Numbered from the stretch's first letter, positions 19,820 through 30,433 are shown. The stretch is 64,000 nt of DNA from Candidatus Pacearchaeota archaeon (GCA_019659125.1 JAIFVX010000002.1:94694-158693), one strand, 5' to 3'. Numbers and translations are program-made. Notes: generated by a model not told the origin, from the letters alone.

Positions 19820-20730
19820 GAGGTCTTGTGGAAAATCTTATTTAAAAATCCTCCTAAAAATCCGAGGCCATAGGTAACATGCACAATAAAGAAGATGAAT
19901 GGAAGTATAAAGAATGCAGGAAAATTCCTGTTTCTCACTGATTCATAGAATGAGAATACAAGGGCTAGTATAACATAGGCTATCAATGGAAGAATAAAGA
20001 GTCTGCTTAAAGCCAGGAGGAATGGCAATGTAAGAATGTAGAGAACAAATAAAGAAGGGATGATAAATAATGGCTTTGCCTGAAGTTCCTTTTTAAGATC
20101 CCATTTTGTTTTTGCAATAGCATAGTCAAAAATTTGCTTCACAAGTGCTTTTAGTGTTGGTCTTCTTCGGTGATATACAAAGATCTCTGGAGAATAACCT
20201 ACCTTGAGCCCGAGCTTTTTAGCTTTCTTGACGAATGCCACATCATCTCCAGGATATAATTCCCTATCAAACTTCAGCTTCTTAAAAACTGACTTTCTCA
20301 CCGTAAGATTGACACCACTAATATAATCATGATCTGCATTCAGGTTTAGTTTTGACTTCCTGTATCTCCTATTGACTCCTGGGGCTCCAAATGGGTCCTC
20401 AAGGACATAGCCACTTACTCTTGCAAAGAATTTATCGCTCTTCGGGGTAATTTGAGCTCCTCCCACAATACTGATTTCCTTATGATCATCAAGGAAAGAG
20501 TCAATTTTCTTGAGAAAGTCTTTTTCTATAATAGCATCGTCGTCGAGAAATACAATTATTTCCCCTTTTGCTTTCTTTACACCATTATTCCTATTATCGG
20601 GGACATTAAGACCCTTTATGATAATCACTTCAAAATTCTTCTTAGGATAATCTAGCGTTTGTATGGAAGAAAGTATCTCTGCATCCCTCCACGGGGCAAG
20701 TGCAATGACAATTGAGAATCGTTTTTTCAT
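19816..20730 (-). CDS. Glycosyltransferase family 2 with C-terminal TM helices
   Basis: RNNGV, FLDDD, PGDD, YHRRR, hydrophobic C-terminus. The ATG at 20730 overlaps the upstream TGA. Confidence 0.87.
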   Translation of the reverse strand: MKKRFSIVIALAPWRDAEILSSIQTLDYPKKNFEVIIIKGLNVPDNRNNGVKKAKGEIIVFLDDDAIIEKDFLKKIDSFLDDHKEISIVGGAQITPKSDKFFARVSGYVLEDPFGAPGVNRRYRKSKLNLNADHDYISGVNLTVRKSVFKKLKFDRELYPGDDVAFVKKAKKLGLKVGYSPEIFVYHRRRPTLKALVKQIFDYAIAKTKWDLKKELQAKPLFIIPSLFVLYILTLPFLLALSRLFILPLIAYVILALVFSFYESVRNRNFPAFFILPFIFFIVHVTYGLGFLGGFLNKIFHKTS

Positions 20731-21503
20731 TGTAACCGTGAAAGTAGCGAATCGTAGATTTTTATAAACCTTTTGAATGGGGAATGAAGAATCCTTAACC
20801 GCAATATTGCAAGACCCATCCACGGGCCTGCCTTCTTGAAATTGATCGTCGAGTATTTCTTGTCACTCCATGTTGTGGGGACTTCCTTAATTGTATATCC
20901 TTGTTTTCTCATGGTGTAAAGAAGTTCCACATCAAATGCCCAACGAGTCATTCCCAGTCTTGGAATAACATCCTTGACTGCTTCAGCAGTAAAGACCTTT
21001 GCTCCGCATTGTGTGTCTCTGTAGGGCATGAGGAAAAGAGCACGTATGATAACATTAAAGACTCGTGAGACAAAAATTCTCTCTGCCTTGGGTTTTGGAC
21101 TAACGTGGGCTCCGGCAAGATACCTGCTTGCAATGACTCCATCGTGCCCTGGGAGTGCCTCTAGCAATGCATAAAAGCTTTCAGGAGATGTTGCCATGTC
21201 TGCATCAACGAAACCAATCACATCGTTCTTTTTCTTAAGGACCTCTTTACAACCCTCAATGACTGCATATCCTTTCCCTCCTCTCTGGAGGTTTATGCTT
21301 TGAATTCTTGAGTTTTTCTTTGAATATGACTTAATGATCGCTTCAGTCCTATCTTTTGTTGCGTTAATGACAACAAGGATCTCGTAGTCTAACTTCTTCT
21401 TCACACGAAGAGATTCAAAATAGGAGGAATAGCTCTCGAGAGTCTTTGCAATCCTTTTCTCTTCATTATGTGCGGGAATTACGATCGACAGTTTCATGAT
21501 CAA
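20727..21503 (-). CDS. Dolichyl-phosphate hexosyltransferase (DPG/DPM synthase-like GT2)
   Basis: SIVIPAHNEE.RI, GKGYAV, FVDADMAT, IASRY, DTQCGAKVF, WAFDVELL. Confidence 0.88.
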   Translation of the reverse strand: MIMKLSIVIPAHNEEKRIAKTLESYSSYFESLRVKKKLDYEILVVINATKDRTEAIIKSYSKKNSRIQSINLQRGGKGYAVIEGCKEVLKKKNDVIGFVDADMATSPESFYALLEALPGHDGVIASRYLAGAHVSPKPKAERIFVSRVFNVIIRALFLMPYRDTQCGAKVFTAEAVKDVIPRLGMTRWAFDVELLYTMRKQGYTIKEVPTTWSDKKYSTINFKKAGPWMGLAILRLRILHSPFKRFIKIYDSLLSRLQ

Positions 21504-22692
21504 TTAGGAATACGGAAGCCCATAGGAACAAGGCTGAAGCAACTATAAAGGCTAGAGCAAATTGAATGAGGTTGTGGGAGAAGTAAACAAGGAGGATTAA
21601 TTCTATGGGGATTGCAAACACAAGAATCCCATATCCCTTAACCCTTCCTATGGACAGCTTATATGAGAGTGTCGCATATCCTAAAGAAAGCAGACTGACA
21701 GCACAACCCAGATAGAAGAGTATTGAGGATGACTGAACAATGACCTTGCCTGAAAATACTTTTATGATAATGTTCGGGAAAAAGAAGAAAAGCGTGAGGG
21801 CCACCACAATGCATATTCCAATCAGAATAAGTGCCTTCATGAACAACTTCTCTTTCTTGCCCTTAGATTGGGCTGTTAAAGGAAACATTGCTTTGGTGAT
21901 TGGCTGAGTCGCAAAGAAGACAGTTTTTGCCATCATGGATGCAATTGCATAGGCTCCTGCGATGTCAGGACTAAACATAATTCGGGCAATGATAATATCT
22001 GCGCTGTAGAGAACCAGTGTTGTCAGCGTCGCTAAAAATACTGGCTTTGAGTACCTATAGATGTCCGGAGTTGCAGCGGCCTTCTCCTTTTGAGAGAATA
22101 TGCTTCTTAAAGTAATGAAGGAATAGAGAAAGGCTATAAGGCCTGCAATAATTGTGGCTGTTATCGCCCCATATACTTTCCATCCAATCATGACGAGAAG
22201 AAATGCTCCTAAAAGCTTCAAAAACCCTTCAATGATCATATTTACTCCAAGAGAGACAAACATCTTCTTCCCCTGCATAATACCTCTTGGAATAGGGATA
22301 AGGAAAGAGTAGAATATAATAAGTCCATTGAGAACAAGCAAGGGAAATGGTATTTTCAACAGTGGAGAGACGACAAAGATAACGGCGAGATAGCATACTC
22401 CTAACAATACTGCAAAGACAAGAGATCTTTTTAGGGATTTTTTAAATATATTCTTTAATTTTCCAGGGTCATTTTCCTGTGAGGAATACTTGGCAAGGAT
22501 TGTCTGGATTGATTCCGAGAATATGGCTAGGATATAGAGAATAGAGAAAAGCGTTGCCAGTATACCATATTCTGCCACTGTAAGGAATCTTGCCATGAGA
22601 AAATGGAAAAAATAGTTAAACGCCTGAAATGCGTTGAAGGTTACAAATAATATGATGCTTCCCGAAAGTAAACTCCAATTTCTATCAGCCAT
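21466..22692 (-). CDS. Oligosaccharide flippase (Wzx/MOP family)
   Basis: About 12 TM segments, MARFLTVAEYG, AGAYA..S, MFP; lies in the agl operon. Confidence 0.82.
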   Translation of the reverse strand: MADRNWSLLSGSIILFVTFNAFQAFNYFFHFLMARFLTVAEYGILATLFSILYILAIFSESIQTILAKYSSQENDPGKLKNIFKKSLKRSLVFAVLLGVCYLAVIFVVSPLLKIPFPLLVLNGLIIFYSFLIPIPRGIMQGKKMFVSLGVNMIIEGFLKLLGAFLLVMIGWKVYGAITATIIAGLIAFLYSFITLRSIFSQKEKAAATPDIYRYSKPVFLATLTTLVLYSADIIIARIMFSPDIAGAYAIASMMAKTVFFATQPITKAMFPLTAQSKGKKEKLFMKALILIGICIVVALTLFFFFPNIIIKVFSGKVIVQSSSILFYLGCAVSLLSLGYATLSYKLSIGRVKGYGILVFAIPIELILLVYFSHNLIQFALAFIVASALFLWASVFLIDHETVDRNSRT

Positions 22693-23701
22693 AAAAAATT
22701 CCCTGTCTAAAAATAACAAAACCTAGAAGAATGATGATGATCTGGAAGATCCATAGAGTGTATACCACTCGCTTCTCTGTAGGCTTTATCGAAGATTTTT
22801 GAAGAAGGGCTATAGCAACATGCTCCAATCCATAGAGCTTATCATACGGCAGTGCAAGGGTCCCATCTTTCTGAGGTTTTCCGAACGACTGCTTTATGAG
22901 TTTACCCCGTGATTTCAGAATTACTTCAAGTATATAGGGAATGAAGAAAAATACGGCTATCTTTTCGAAATTACCGAGAATTGAAAGGATTGCGCACAAT
23001 GCTCCGACGGAATATGTAAGGACATCACCTGGAAATACTTTCGCAGGATAGAAATTATAATAGAGGAATGCTATAAGTGCAACCACCATACAGAGCGCAA
23101 GGACTGAAAGCCATGACTGACCTGTTAAATACGCGACAAGACCAAGAGCTATCAGGATAAGGGTTCCCTGACCTGCTTCGAGGCCATTGTGACCCGCAAT
23201 CATGTTAAATGTCGTTGTTGCTGCGACAATTCCTAAAGGTATGAGGACAAGAGGATAAAAGAATCCGAGATCTACTTGCCCGAGGAATGGAAAAAGAATT
23301 AAACTTCTTCCTGCATTGATTACCATGAGAGGTATTGCTGCGATAATAACCAAGAAAATTCTTGATTTTATAGAAAGCCCTCCGTGAACCCATCCTAGAA
23401 GATCATCCACTAATCCTATTCCACCTGCAAGTGTTACAACGAGAAGGGTAGCAAGAATTTCGATAAGATAATCAGTCGTATGAAGATAAAATACTCTGTA
23501 AGCCACCAAAAGCAAAACGCCAACAATAAACCCGAGCAGCACCATGATTCCTCCTGAACCGGCCACCTTTTCAGCTTTAATCTTATTCATATCATCCCAT
23601 AGCAACCCTATCTGTCGGGCCTTCTTCATCCAGAATGGAAGTAAGAACAAGGTTATGAAAAAGCTTGCCAGGATCGGGATGAGAAGAATTCCGCTTGCCA
23701 T
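22685..23701 (-). CDS. aglH: UDP-GlcNAc:dolichyl-phosphate GlcNAc-1-phosphotransferase (GPT/MraY family)
   Basis: DMNK, SGG, GLVDDLLG, FNMIAGHNGLEAG, YNFYPAKVFPGD. Confidence 0.88.
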   Translation of the reverse strand: MASGILLIPILASFFITLFLLPFWMKKARQIGLLWDDMNKIKAEKVAGSGGIMVLLGFIVGVLLLVAYRVFYLHTTDYLIEILATLLVVTLAGGIGLVDDLLGWVHGGLSIKSRIFLVIIAAIPLMVINAGRSLILFPFLGQVDLGFFYPLVLIPLGIVAATTTFNMIAGHNGLEAGQGTLILIALGLVAYLTGQSWLSVLALCMVVALIAFLYYNFYPAKVFPGDVLTYSVGALCAILSILGNFEKIAVFFFIPYILEVILKSRGKLIKQSFGKPQKDGTLALPYDKLYGLEHVAIALLQKSSIKPTEKRVVYTLWIFQIIIILLGFVIFRQGIFYG

Positions 23702-26409
23702 TATGCTTGTTGAACCGACGTATCAGGATACGTAGTGCGAAGATAACTTTCATTTACTACCATTCCTTGTGGATAGTGTATCTCCCATATTCTAATAGGA
23801 CCTCGAAGACCTTGGTAGTCAACAAAATCGCCAATGTTGGCGTTCTGAGATTTTAAGTATGCGACAAGAGCGTCATCTTCGCTATGAGCAAGGGTAAATG
23901 AGGGATTATTTTCATTGTAGAGATACAATCGAGCAAGCTGTGACTTTACTGTCCTATTGCTTAAATATAACAGCGCTCCATCGACATCAAGATTCAACCC
24001 TGCTGATGTCTGTGTTGCTCGAGGGAACAAAAAGACTCCTGCATCAAGCCCTGAACCGAAGTCAATTAAGGTCTTATCATATACATATCGAAGAGGAATT
24101 GCATATTGCTTCGCTGGCAATCCTTTTTGTGCACATTCAAGGCAGTCGATATACAATCCCTGAACACTTGTTAATTTTGACTGCTGACGGATTATCATGA
24201 CACCTATGATTGCAGCCTTACCTGCAGGAAGGAACACTTGCGTTCCATTCAAGCTATACATAACATCCGCATCCAAGGTTGTCCCTCCCCCATAGACAAA
24301 CGTTGTAGCATTTTTTGCCTCTCTGGTTTGTGAGGGATCTTTCTGGAATTCTGCCAGCCAACTTGCACGGTCATAGTTTTGATCTGATCCAATAGTTGAG
24401 AATGCAGAGTATTTCCCTATGTCACTTGAATCTATGAGGAAATGAGTTGTGTTATGTGCGTAAAGGAAACTTAATGCTGCGTCATTGTCGGGCCCTGTTA
24501 ATGCATATCTCCCCATGAGGTGGTTCCAATAAGGAATAGCATTCCCTCCGTCAAGCACCGTCGCGCGCTCTCCTATCGTTTGAATCCAATATCCATAATC
24601 CCACCAGTGACCAAAGACTGCGTTGGTTGGAGTAGAGGTCCTTACCCAGGCCATGGCTTTCTGCCATTGTTGCGTATAATCGTAAGGAGCATAATTCTGT
24701 GCAGTGTTCTTGCTTTCATTATAGAATGCATATGCTGAGAACAACGCAGCGATAATGATGATACCTGCTGCTGCAAGAGATAGTATCCGCTTCAGATCTC
24801 CCGAACTTCTCCAAGCTCGCACACTGAAGACAACTAAGAAGTATGCCACAATAATAGATGTTGGAGGAACAAGAACCATGACTAATCTGACCGCTGCTCG
24901 TGCTCCAATGACTCCTAAGATAAAGAACGACGAGAGCAGAATATATCCCACATCGATATGAAGGAGTTTCTCTGATTCTCCTTTCTTATAATACTGATAA
25001 TAGTAGTATCCGAATGTTCCCAGGAAAGCAATAAGACCAAGGGAATAGAATGCTATGCTTGCGAAGCTGGTTCCATTGAAAATACTGCTTCCACTGTATC
25101 TTCCAAAGATAAGCGAGGCTATGAAGAAGGCATATGCGGATGTTGTTAGTGTTCTTTCCCTTTTAGTGAAATGAGATACCATATTCCAGTAGAGATAGAT
25201 GGAACCTATAAGGAAGAGCCAGAAGAAGAAAGGAATTCCTCGAATGACTGGACCAAATGAATCAGCCCATTCACTGAAGAACGGCTGCCTGTTCTCAGCC
25301 ACCGTTAAACCAAGACGGTCACTGATAGGGCGGATAAGTGCCTGTTGGATGACTCTGAACTTGTCGAATATAAATGAAGGTCCTCGCAATACCATCCCTC
25401 CAAGAGCTCCTAGCACAACAGCGCAGACAAGAGCAATCACCGGCCGGGGAACCTTATGGAATGACTCAACATGTCGTTTCAAGCGAGTGTGAAATATAAT
25501 ATTGTAGATAATGAGCGATCCAATTGCAAGCAAGGGGATAAGTGCAATAAACGACGTCATGAATCCGACATAACGCAATGTAAACAGCCGTGAAGTAATG
25601 ATGAGATGAGGGATCATCCACGCAAGGGCGATGTAGAGTTTTTTACGAGAAGTTTCGCCAAGTAGGAATGTTATAAGAAGTGTAACTCCAATAGCTAGGA
25701 ACACATAGGTATATCCTCCCCAGATAAGAGCCATAGCTCCTGTTGAGAGGCCTGAAATAACTGCGAGAGAAATCTGATGCCATTGCTTCTTGGCTTTCCA
25801 AGCCGCTATGAAGAAATAGAATGCTACTGCAAGGTAAAAGAATGCAGCGGATTCCTTTTCAGGAATTCCTGCTATAGTTCGTGGAAGCAATGAAGGTATG
25901 GTGATGAAAAAGAATGAACTGATAAGTGCAATGAGATTGGCCTTTTTTGCGCCAAGAGTATCAATGAAGAGAATCCGTGCGAAAAAGAAGAATGCAATGA
26001 CCGTGATTGCAAACATGAATACGGGGAAGATAACCGATGATTGCTCCACCGATGTCGATCCAAAATGAACGGCAATCTTGTGGAACCAGGCCATAACATA
26101 TGTGTGAAGCACAAGCTCATTACGGACATCAAATCCTAGAGGAACATACCTCATTGTGTCAATAGTCATAAGAGAGCCGTGCTGGACAATATATTTAGTC
26201 CAACGAAGGAAAAGGAAAGGGTCTAAGTCAGGGCCAAGAGTCCAGCTTCCCGTTGTTACGTCTTTCAGCTTTGACAGATTAAGGGTTCTTAGCCAAACCG
26301 AAAACCATACAAGAATTGCAAGAGCAATATAGCTTAACCACAAGTATTTTTTTCGTAAGAACTCAAGAGCCTTGGCCTTTCGCTGTTCGAATAGTTTCTC
26401 GTCGTCCAT
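23701..26409 (-). CDS. aglB: Oligosaccharyltransferase STT3/AglB
   Basis: DLDP, EKE, TVAE, WWDYGYWIQ, DGGN, DSSDIGK; multi-TM N-terminal half. Confidence 0.95.
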   Translation of the reverse strand: MDDEKLFEQRKAKALEFLRKKYLWLSYIALAILVWFSVWLRTLNLSKLKDVTTGSWTLGPDLDPFLFLRWTKYIVQHGSLMTIDTMRYVPLGFDVRNELVLHTYVMAWFHKIAVHFGSTSVEQSSVIFPVFMFAITVIAFFFFARILFIDTLGAKKANLIALISSFFFITIPSLLPRTIAGIPEKESAAFFYLAVAFYFFIAAWKAKKQWHQISLAVISGLSTGAMALIWGGYTYVFLAIGVTLLITFLLGETSRKKLYIALAWMIPHLIITSRLFTLRYVGFMTSFIALIPLLAIGSLIIYNIIFHTRLKRHVESFHKVPRPVIALVCAVVLGALGGMVLRGPSFIFDKFRVIQQALIRPISDRLGLTVAENRQPFFSEWADSFGPVIRGIPFFFWLFLIGSIYLYWNMVSHFTKRERTLTTSAYAFFIASLIFGRYSGSSIFNGTSFASIAFYSLGLIAFLGTFGYYYYQYYKKGESEKLLHIDVGYILLSSFFILGVIGARAAVRLVMVLVPPTSIIVAYFLVVFSVRAWRSSGDLKRILSLAAAGIIIIAALFSAYAFYNESKNTAQNYAPYDYTQQWQKAMAWVRTSTPTNAVFGHWWDYGYWIQTIGERATVLDGGNAIPYWNHLMGRYALTGPDNDAALSFLYAHNTTHFLIDSSDIGKYSAFSTIGSDQNYDRASWLAEFQKDPSQTREAKNATTFVYGGGTTLDADVMYSLNGTQVFLPAGKAAIIGVMIIRQQSKLTSVQGLYIDCLECAQKGLPAKQYAIPLRYVYDKTLIDFGSGLDAGVFLFPRATQTSAGLNLDVDGALLYLSNRTVKSQLARLYLYNENNPSFTLAHSEDDALVAYLKSQNANIGDFVDYQGLRGPIRIWEIHYPQGMVVNESYLRTTYPDTSVQQA

Positions 26410-26449
26410 AGTAGTCCTAGTGTGTAAAAATACTATATAAAGCTTTCAA

Positions 26450-27307
26450 TCAGAACAGGGCAGGTGTTATAAAGACTTCTATCAGGGCTGCAAGAAAGAG
26501 AACAACGACTGCGACAATGATCAGATTCAATGAGTCCTGTAAGATTTCCCAGAATTTCTCAGTTCCTGCTTCATGCTTTATCACAGCCACAGACACCATG
26601 CCTCCGGCCAATGCAACGGTAAAGTATGAGGCAATTTCAGGGATACCATGAATCATATATCTCATAATTCCCATGGGCAACCCACTTAACTGCGATTTTG
26701 TGAAAATGACTACTGCAGCCGATATCACTGTCGCATTCCACGCCAGCACGAAAATCACCCCTGCCCCAAAAAGAAGTGAAAAGAGAAGTGTGAAAAGAAG
26801 TACATACATGTTGTTGGTGAAGATAAGGAACAGCCTTTCTTTATTCGTGAGGAATGCCGAAGGGCCTCCTGCTTCTCTTAATCCGTACTGCTTGACACAT
26901 TCATTGTAGCTTGTCGGTCTGTTAATGAGGCAGTACGTTTCAATTTGTGCCTTGAACGTTGCTGTTGATGAAAGAACTGTATACCATATGGAAAATGCAA
27001 CGACAAATCCTACAAAGAGCCACATGAAGGCAAGAATTGCACGCTCATGTTCCTTCAAAAGGGAAAAAGATGTCTTGTCTCGAGTTATCCTTTTCTCTTC
27101 AAGCTTTATGGTATAATAGATGAACGGCATGGAAAACATTACCGTAAATGTCACTACAAGGACTCCTGCATACTTTGACAGCACCGCATCCTGGGCAAAT
27201 ATCCAGTTTACGAGAAGCAGTGAAACGCTTGCATAAAATGCTCCGACGAAGAACAGTTCCCACGGATGTCTTTCGGCTTTCCTTGGATTGATGAGCATCT
27301 CGAGCAT
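26450..27307 (-). CDS. Stage II sporulation protein M (SpoIIM/DUF95) family membrane protein
   Basis: IFTNN, HGIPEI, AALIEVFITP. Confidence 0.8.
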   Translation of the reverse strand: MLEMLINPRKAERHPWELFFVGAFYASVSLLLVNWIFAQDAVLSKYAGVLVVTFTVMFSMPFIYYTIKLEEKRITRDKTSFSLLKEHERAILAFMWLFVGFVVAFSIWYTVLSSTATFKAQIETYCLINRPTSYNECVKQYGLREAGGPSAFLTNKERLFLIFTNNMYVLLFTLLFSLLFGAGVIFVLAWNATVISAAVVIFTKSQLSGLPMGIMRYMIHGIPEIASYFTVALAGGMVSVAVIKHEAGTEKFWEILQDSLNLIIVAVVVLFLAALIEVFITPALF

Positions 27308-27367
27308 TGATAGGGTATGGAAGGTCGGCTTAAATAGTTTTTTATACCCTTTTGGGCTTTACAGGCC

Positions 27368-29179
27368 ATGAGTGGTGAAGAGCTTTCAATTATTGCAAAT
27401 CGATTACGCAGAGATTCCTTGCTGATGACAACTGCCGCAGGAAGTGGGCATGCAAGCTCATGCCTTTCATGTGCTGAAATTATAACAACTTTATTATTTC
27501 ACGAGATGAGTTATGACCCTTCAAACCCTGGACACCCTGATAACGACGAGTTTATCCTTAGCAAGGGGCATGCAGCCCCGATCTTATATGCTGCACTGTT
27601 TCGTGCAAAATGCATCAATGAGGATCTTCTCAGTTTAAGAAAATTGACAAGCAATCTTGAAGGGCATCCTATTCCCGGAGCAATCCCGTGGATCAAGGTG
27701 GCCACAGGAAGTTTGGGGCAAGGTCTTTCAGCAGGCGTCGGCATGGCACTTGCCGGTAAATTGAAAAAAAGAAGTTTTAGGACCTATGTTCTCTTGGGCG
27801 ATAGTGAATTGAGTGAGGGATCAAATTATGAGGCATTACAACTGGCAACCCACTATTCATTACACAATCTCTGTGCTATTGTTGATGTCAATGGACTTGG
27901 ACAACGTGGAGCGACCATGTTAGGAACAAAGATTGATGCATATAAGAAACGGTTCGAGTCATTTGGATGGAAAGTCTTTACTGCTGACGGGCATTCAATA
28001 CAATCACTGATGACGGCGTTTTCCGGGGCCAAAGCATCTAAGACTCCTAGCATCATCCTTGCTAAAACAGTCAAGGGAAAAGGAGTAGCTCTCATGGAAG
28101 GAAAGAATGGATGGCATGGAAAAGCATTGACGCCGGAACAGCTTCAGAAGGCTCTTCTAAAATTCCCCGAGCAGGATCTTCCTCCAGTCAGGATTGAAGT
28201 TCCCGAGCCTAGTGAAGAAAGAGAAAAGGCATCTGATCTCGTGCTTTCGAGCTATAAAGAAGATATCTCCACGCGGGAAGTCTATGGAAGGACACTTGCA
28301 GAGTTCTCTAAAAGCTACGATCGAATTATTGCAATCGATGCAGAAGTAAGCAATTCCACGTTTTCTGAAGAAGTAAAGAAAAATACCCCTAAGCAATTTG
28401 TCGAGGCATATATTGCAGAGCAGAACATGATCGGCATGGCACTTGGATTGTCAAAAAAAGGATATAAGGTATTTGCATCTTCATTCTCTGCATTCCTAAC
28501 ACGAGCCCATGACCAATTGAGGATGGCTGCCTATTCTATGGGAAATTTCACGGTATGCGGAAGTCACTCCGGAGTTTCTATAGGGGAGGATGGAGCATCG
28601 CAGATGGGGCTTGAAGATATTGCCTTATTCCGATCATTGCCAAACACTATTGTCCTCTATCCATGCGATGCCCTTTCTACACAAAAGCTTATGCTTCTTA
28701 GCCAAACCGAACAGGGTATAAAATATATCAGGACAACAAGACCCAAGACTCCTTTGCTTTATGATCCTGAAGATGAGTTTGCTATCGGTGATTTTGGGGT
28801 TGTACGAGAGTCTCCTAAAGATAAAGTTGTGCTTGTAGGTGCAGGTATCACAGTACATGAGGCGATGAAAGCACATGCCTTGCTCGCCGAGGAGAGAGTT
28901 GCTGCTGCTGTCGTTGATCTGTATTCCATAAAGCCATTCAACACTAAAGAATTCATAGAGTTCGTGAAGGGACGAGGCAAAAAGGTAGTGGTTGCTGAAG
29001 ACCATTATAAGGAAGGAGGTATTGGAGAGATGCTCTGCAGCGAGCTTGCTGACACCGATATTAAGATAACGTGTCTTTCTGTCTCCGAGGTACCTCACTC
29101 AGGAACCTGTGAAGAACTTCTCGATAAATATGGAATCAATGCTGCCGCTATTGTCGAAGCAGCTAGGAAATTGCTTTAA
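27368..29179 (+). CDS. tkt: Transketolase (single-chain, short type)
   Basis: GSGH, LSKGHAAP, LEGHP, GSLGQG, GDSE..EG...N, IAEQNM, SHSGVSIGEDGASQM. Confidence 0.95.
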   Translation: MSGEELSIIANRLRRDSLLMTTAAGSGHASSCLSCAEIITTLLFHEMSYDPSNPGHPDNDEFILSKGHAAPILYAALFRAKCINEDLLSLRKLTSNLEGHPIPGAIPWIKVATGSLGQGLSAGVGMALAGKLKKRSFRTYVLLGDSELSEGSNYEALQLATHYSLHNLCAIVDVNGLGQRGATMLGTKIDAYKKRFESFGWKVFTADGHSIQSLMTAFSGAKASKTPSIILAKTVKGKGVALMEGKNGWHGKALTPEQLQKALLKFPEQDLPPVRIEVPEPSEEREKASDLVLSSYKEDISTREVYGRTLAEFSKSYDRIIAIDAEVSNSTFSEEVKKNTPKQFVEAYIAEQNMIGMALGLSKKGYKVFASSFSAFLTRAHDQLRMAAYSMGNFTVCGSHSGVSIGEDGASQMGLEDIALFRSLPNTIVLYPCDALSTQKLMLLSQTEQGIKYIRTTRPKTPLLYDPEDEFAIGDFGVVRESPKDKVVLVGAGITVHEAMKAHALLAEERVAAAVVDLYSIKPFNTKEFIEFVKGRGKKVVVAEDHYKEGGIGEMLCSELADTDIKITCLSVSEVPHSGTCEELLDKYGINAAAIVEAARKLL

Positions 29180-29215
29180 AAAAGTTTATATATAAGATAC
29201 GTTGTATAAGTTTTT

Positions 29216-30433
29216 GTGAAGTATTACTTTCTCTTTCCAATTCTTGTTCTCTGTGGTTCTATTCTAGCGATAAGTCTAGCCTCCGCCGAGGAGGCTACCA
29301 CGACACTTCGTGTAATCACGAATGTCATAAATGACAACGGCGGTACTGCCACTTCCCAGGATGCTGCATTTTCCGTTCGAGCACCGTGGATAAGTCCGGG
29401 AAATCCAGAGTTTGTACCGATATATAACGATACAGACCTCACCTTATTCATGGAGCCTGGACCGTATGATGTCACCTATCGTGCACCAAGGAACGAGTAC
29501 TTCTTAGATTATAACCGAACTGTTTCGGAAGGCTGTTCTGGCAACATCCAGGTTGGTCAGCATATTATTTGCACCGTTACCTATGATGATCCGGATCTTT
29601 CTGGCTTTGGTTTTGTTCATATCGTCACTCATGTTATTAACGATAATCTTGGCACGGCAAACCCTTCAGATTTTGCATTTTTCATAACTTCGCCAACAGG
29701 CGATGGTCGTCAACGTCAAATCGAAGCTAGAGAAGCTGATATTACTGTATTACGAGATCCTGGACCGTATGATCTTTACAGTTTTTACAGTAAAACTGGC
29801 GGATACACAAGAACTCTTTCTGACGACTGTTCGGGTACTGTGGCTGCAGGCGAAACTAAAACGTGCGTGATTATATATGATGATCCACCCCTTATTCTGC
29901 TTCCACAGCACTGGTGTTACCAGGAATCCTCTACTATTAGCACTCCTTGCGGCGGTTTGGCAGGTGGTTCATATTCTTCGTCAAACAACGATACCTTATG
30001 GATGGATGGAGATTGGCATACGACACTCTATTCATTTCAAAGACCTGGTATCGTGGATTATTATACGACTTACAAAAAACCTGCTCGTGCACTTCCAACA
30101 AGCGTTTTGAAACTCAAAGACTATACGGAAGAAGGCGATACGTTATTTAGTTTTGATACTACGTATAAAATCCCAGAAGCATGTTTTTCTCAAAGTGATT
30201 TACAATTTAGATTTACATTAGGGTATGGGGCAGACTCGGACTTTGTAAAAAGTGCATGCTGGGGCGGCAACACATGGGTGGTTTTTAGAAATCTTGTGAA
30301 GGATGATGCTGGAATGATGGAAGAAGCCATGATTTGGGGAATGGCAGCAACTGAAAAGGACTGCAAAGTGCTGCAGAAAGGGCGGGAAAAGGAGTGCATG
30401 AAAGCAGTAAAAGAAATGAGGCATAATAATTGA
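29216..30433 (+). CDS. Secreted protein with two tandem Ig/prealbumin-like repeats and a Cys-rich C-terminal domain
   Basis: Signal peptide, an internal repeat (VINDN.GTA...GPYD...CSG....G....C...YDDP) and its own TATA at 29185. Confidence 0.7.
   Translation: MKYYFLFPILVLCGSILAISLASAEEATTTLRVITNVINDNGGTATSQDAAFSVRAPWISPGNPEFVPIYNDTDLTLFMEPGPYDVTYRAPRNEYFLDYNRTVSEGCSGNIQVGQHIICTVTYDDPDLSGFGFVHIVTHVINDNLGTANPSDFAFFITSPTGDGRQRQIEAREADITVLRDPGPYDLYSFYSKTGGYTRTLSDDCSGTVAAGETKTCVIIYDDPPLILLPQHWCYQESSTISTPCGGLAGGSYSSSNNDTLWMDGDWHTTLYSFQRPGIVDYYTTYKKPARALPTSVLKLKDYTEEGDTLFSFDTTYKIPEACFSQSDLQFRFTLGYGADSDFVKSACWGGNTWVVFRNLVKDDAGMMEEAMIWGMAATEKDCKVLQKGREKECMKAVKEMRHNN
29306..29887 (+). repeat. Two degenerate ~95-aa domain repeats (29306-29593 and 29615-29887)
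   Basis: LRVITNVINDNGGTAT...PGPYDV...SEGCSG...CTVTYDDP vs VHIVTHVINDNLGTAN...PGPYDL...SDDCSG...CVIIYDDP. Confidence 0.8.
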
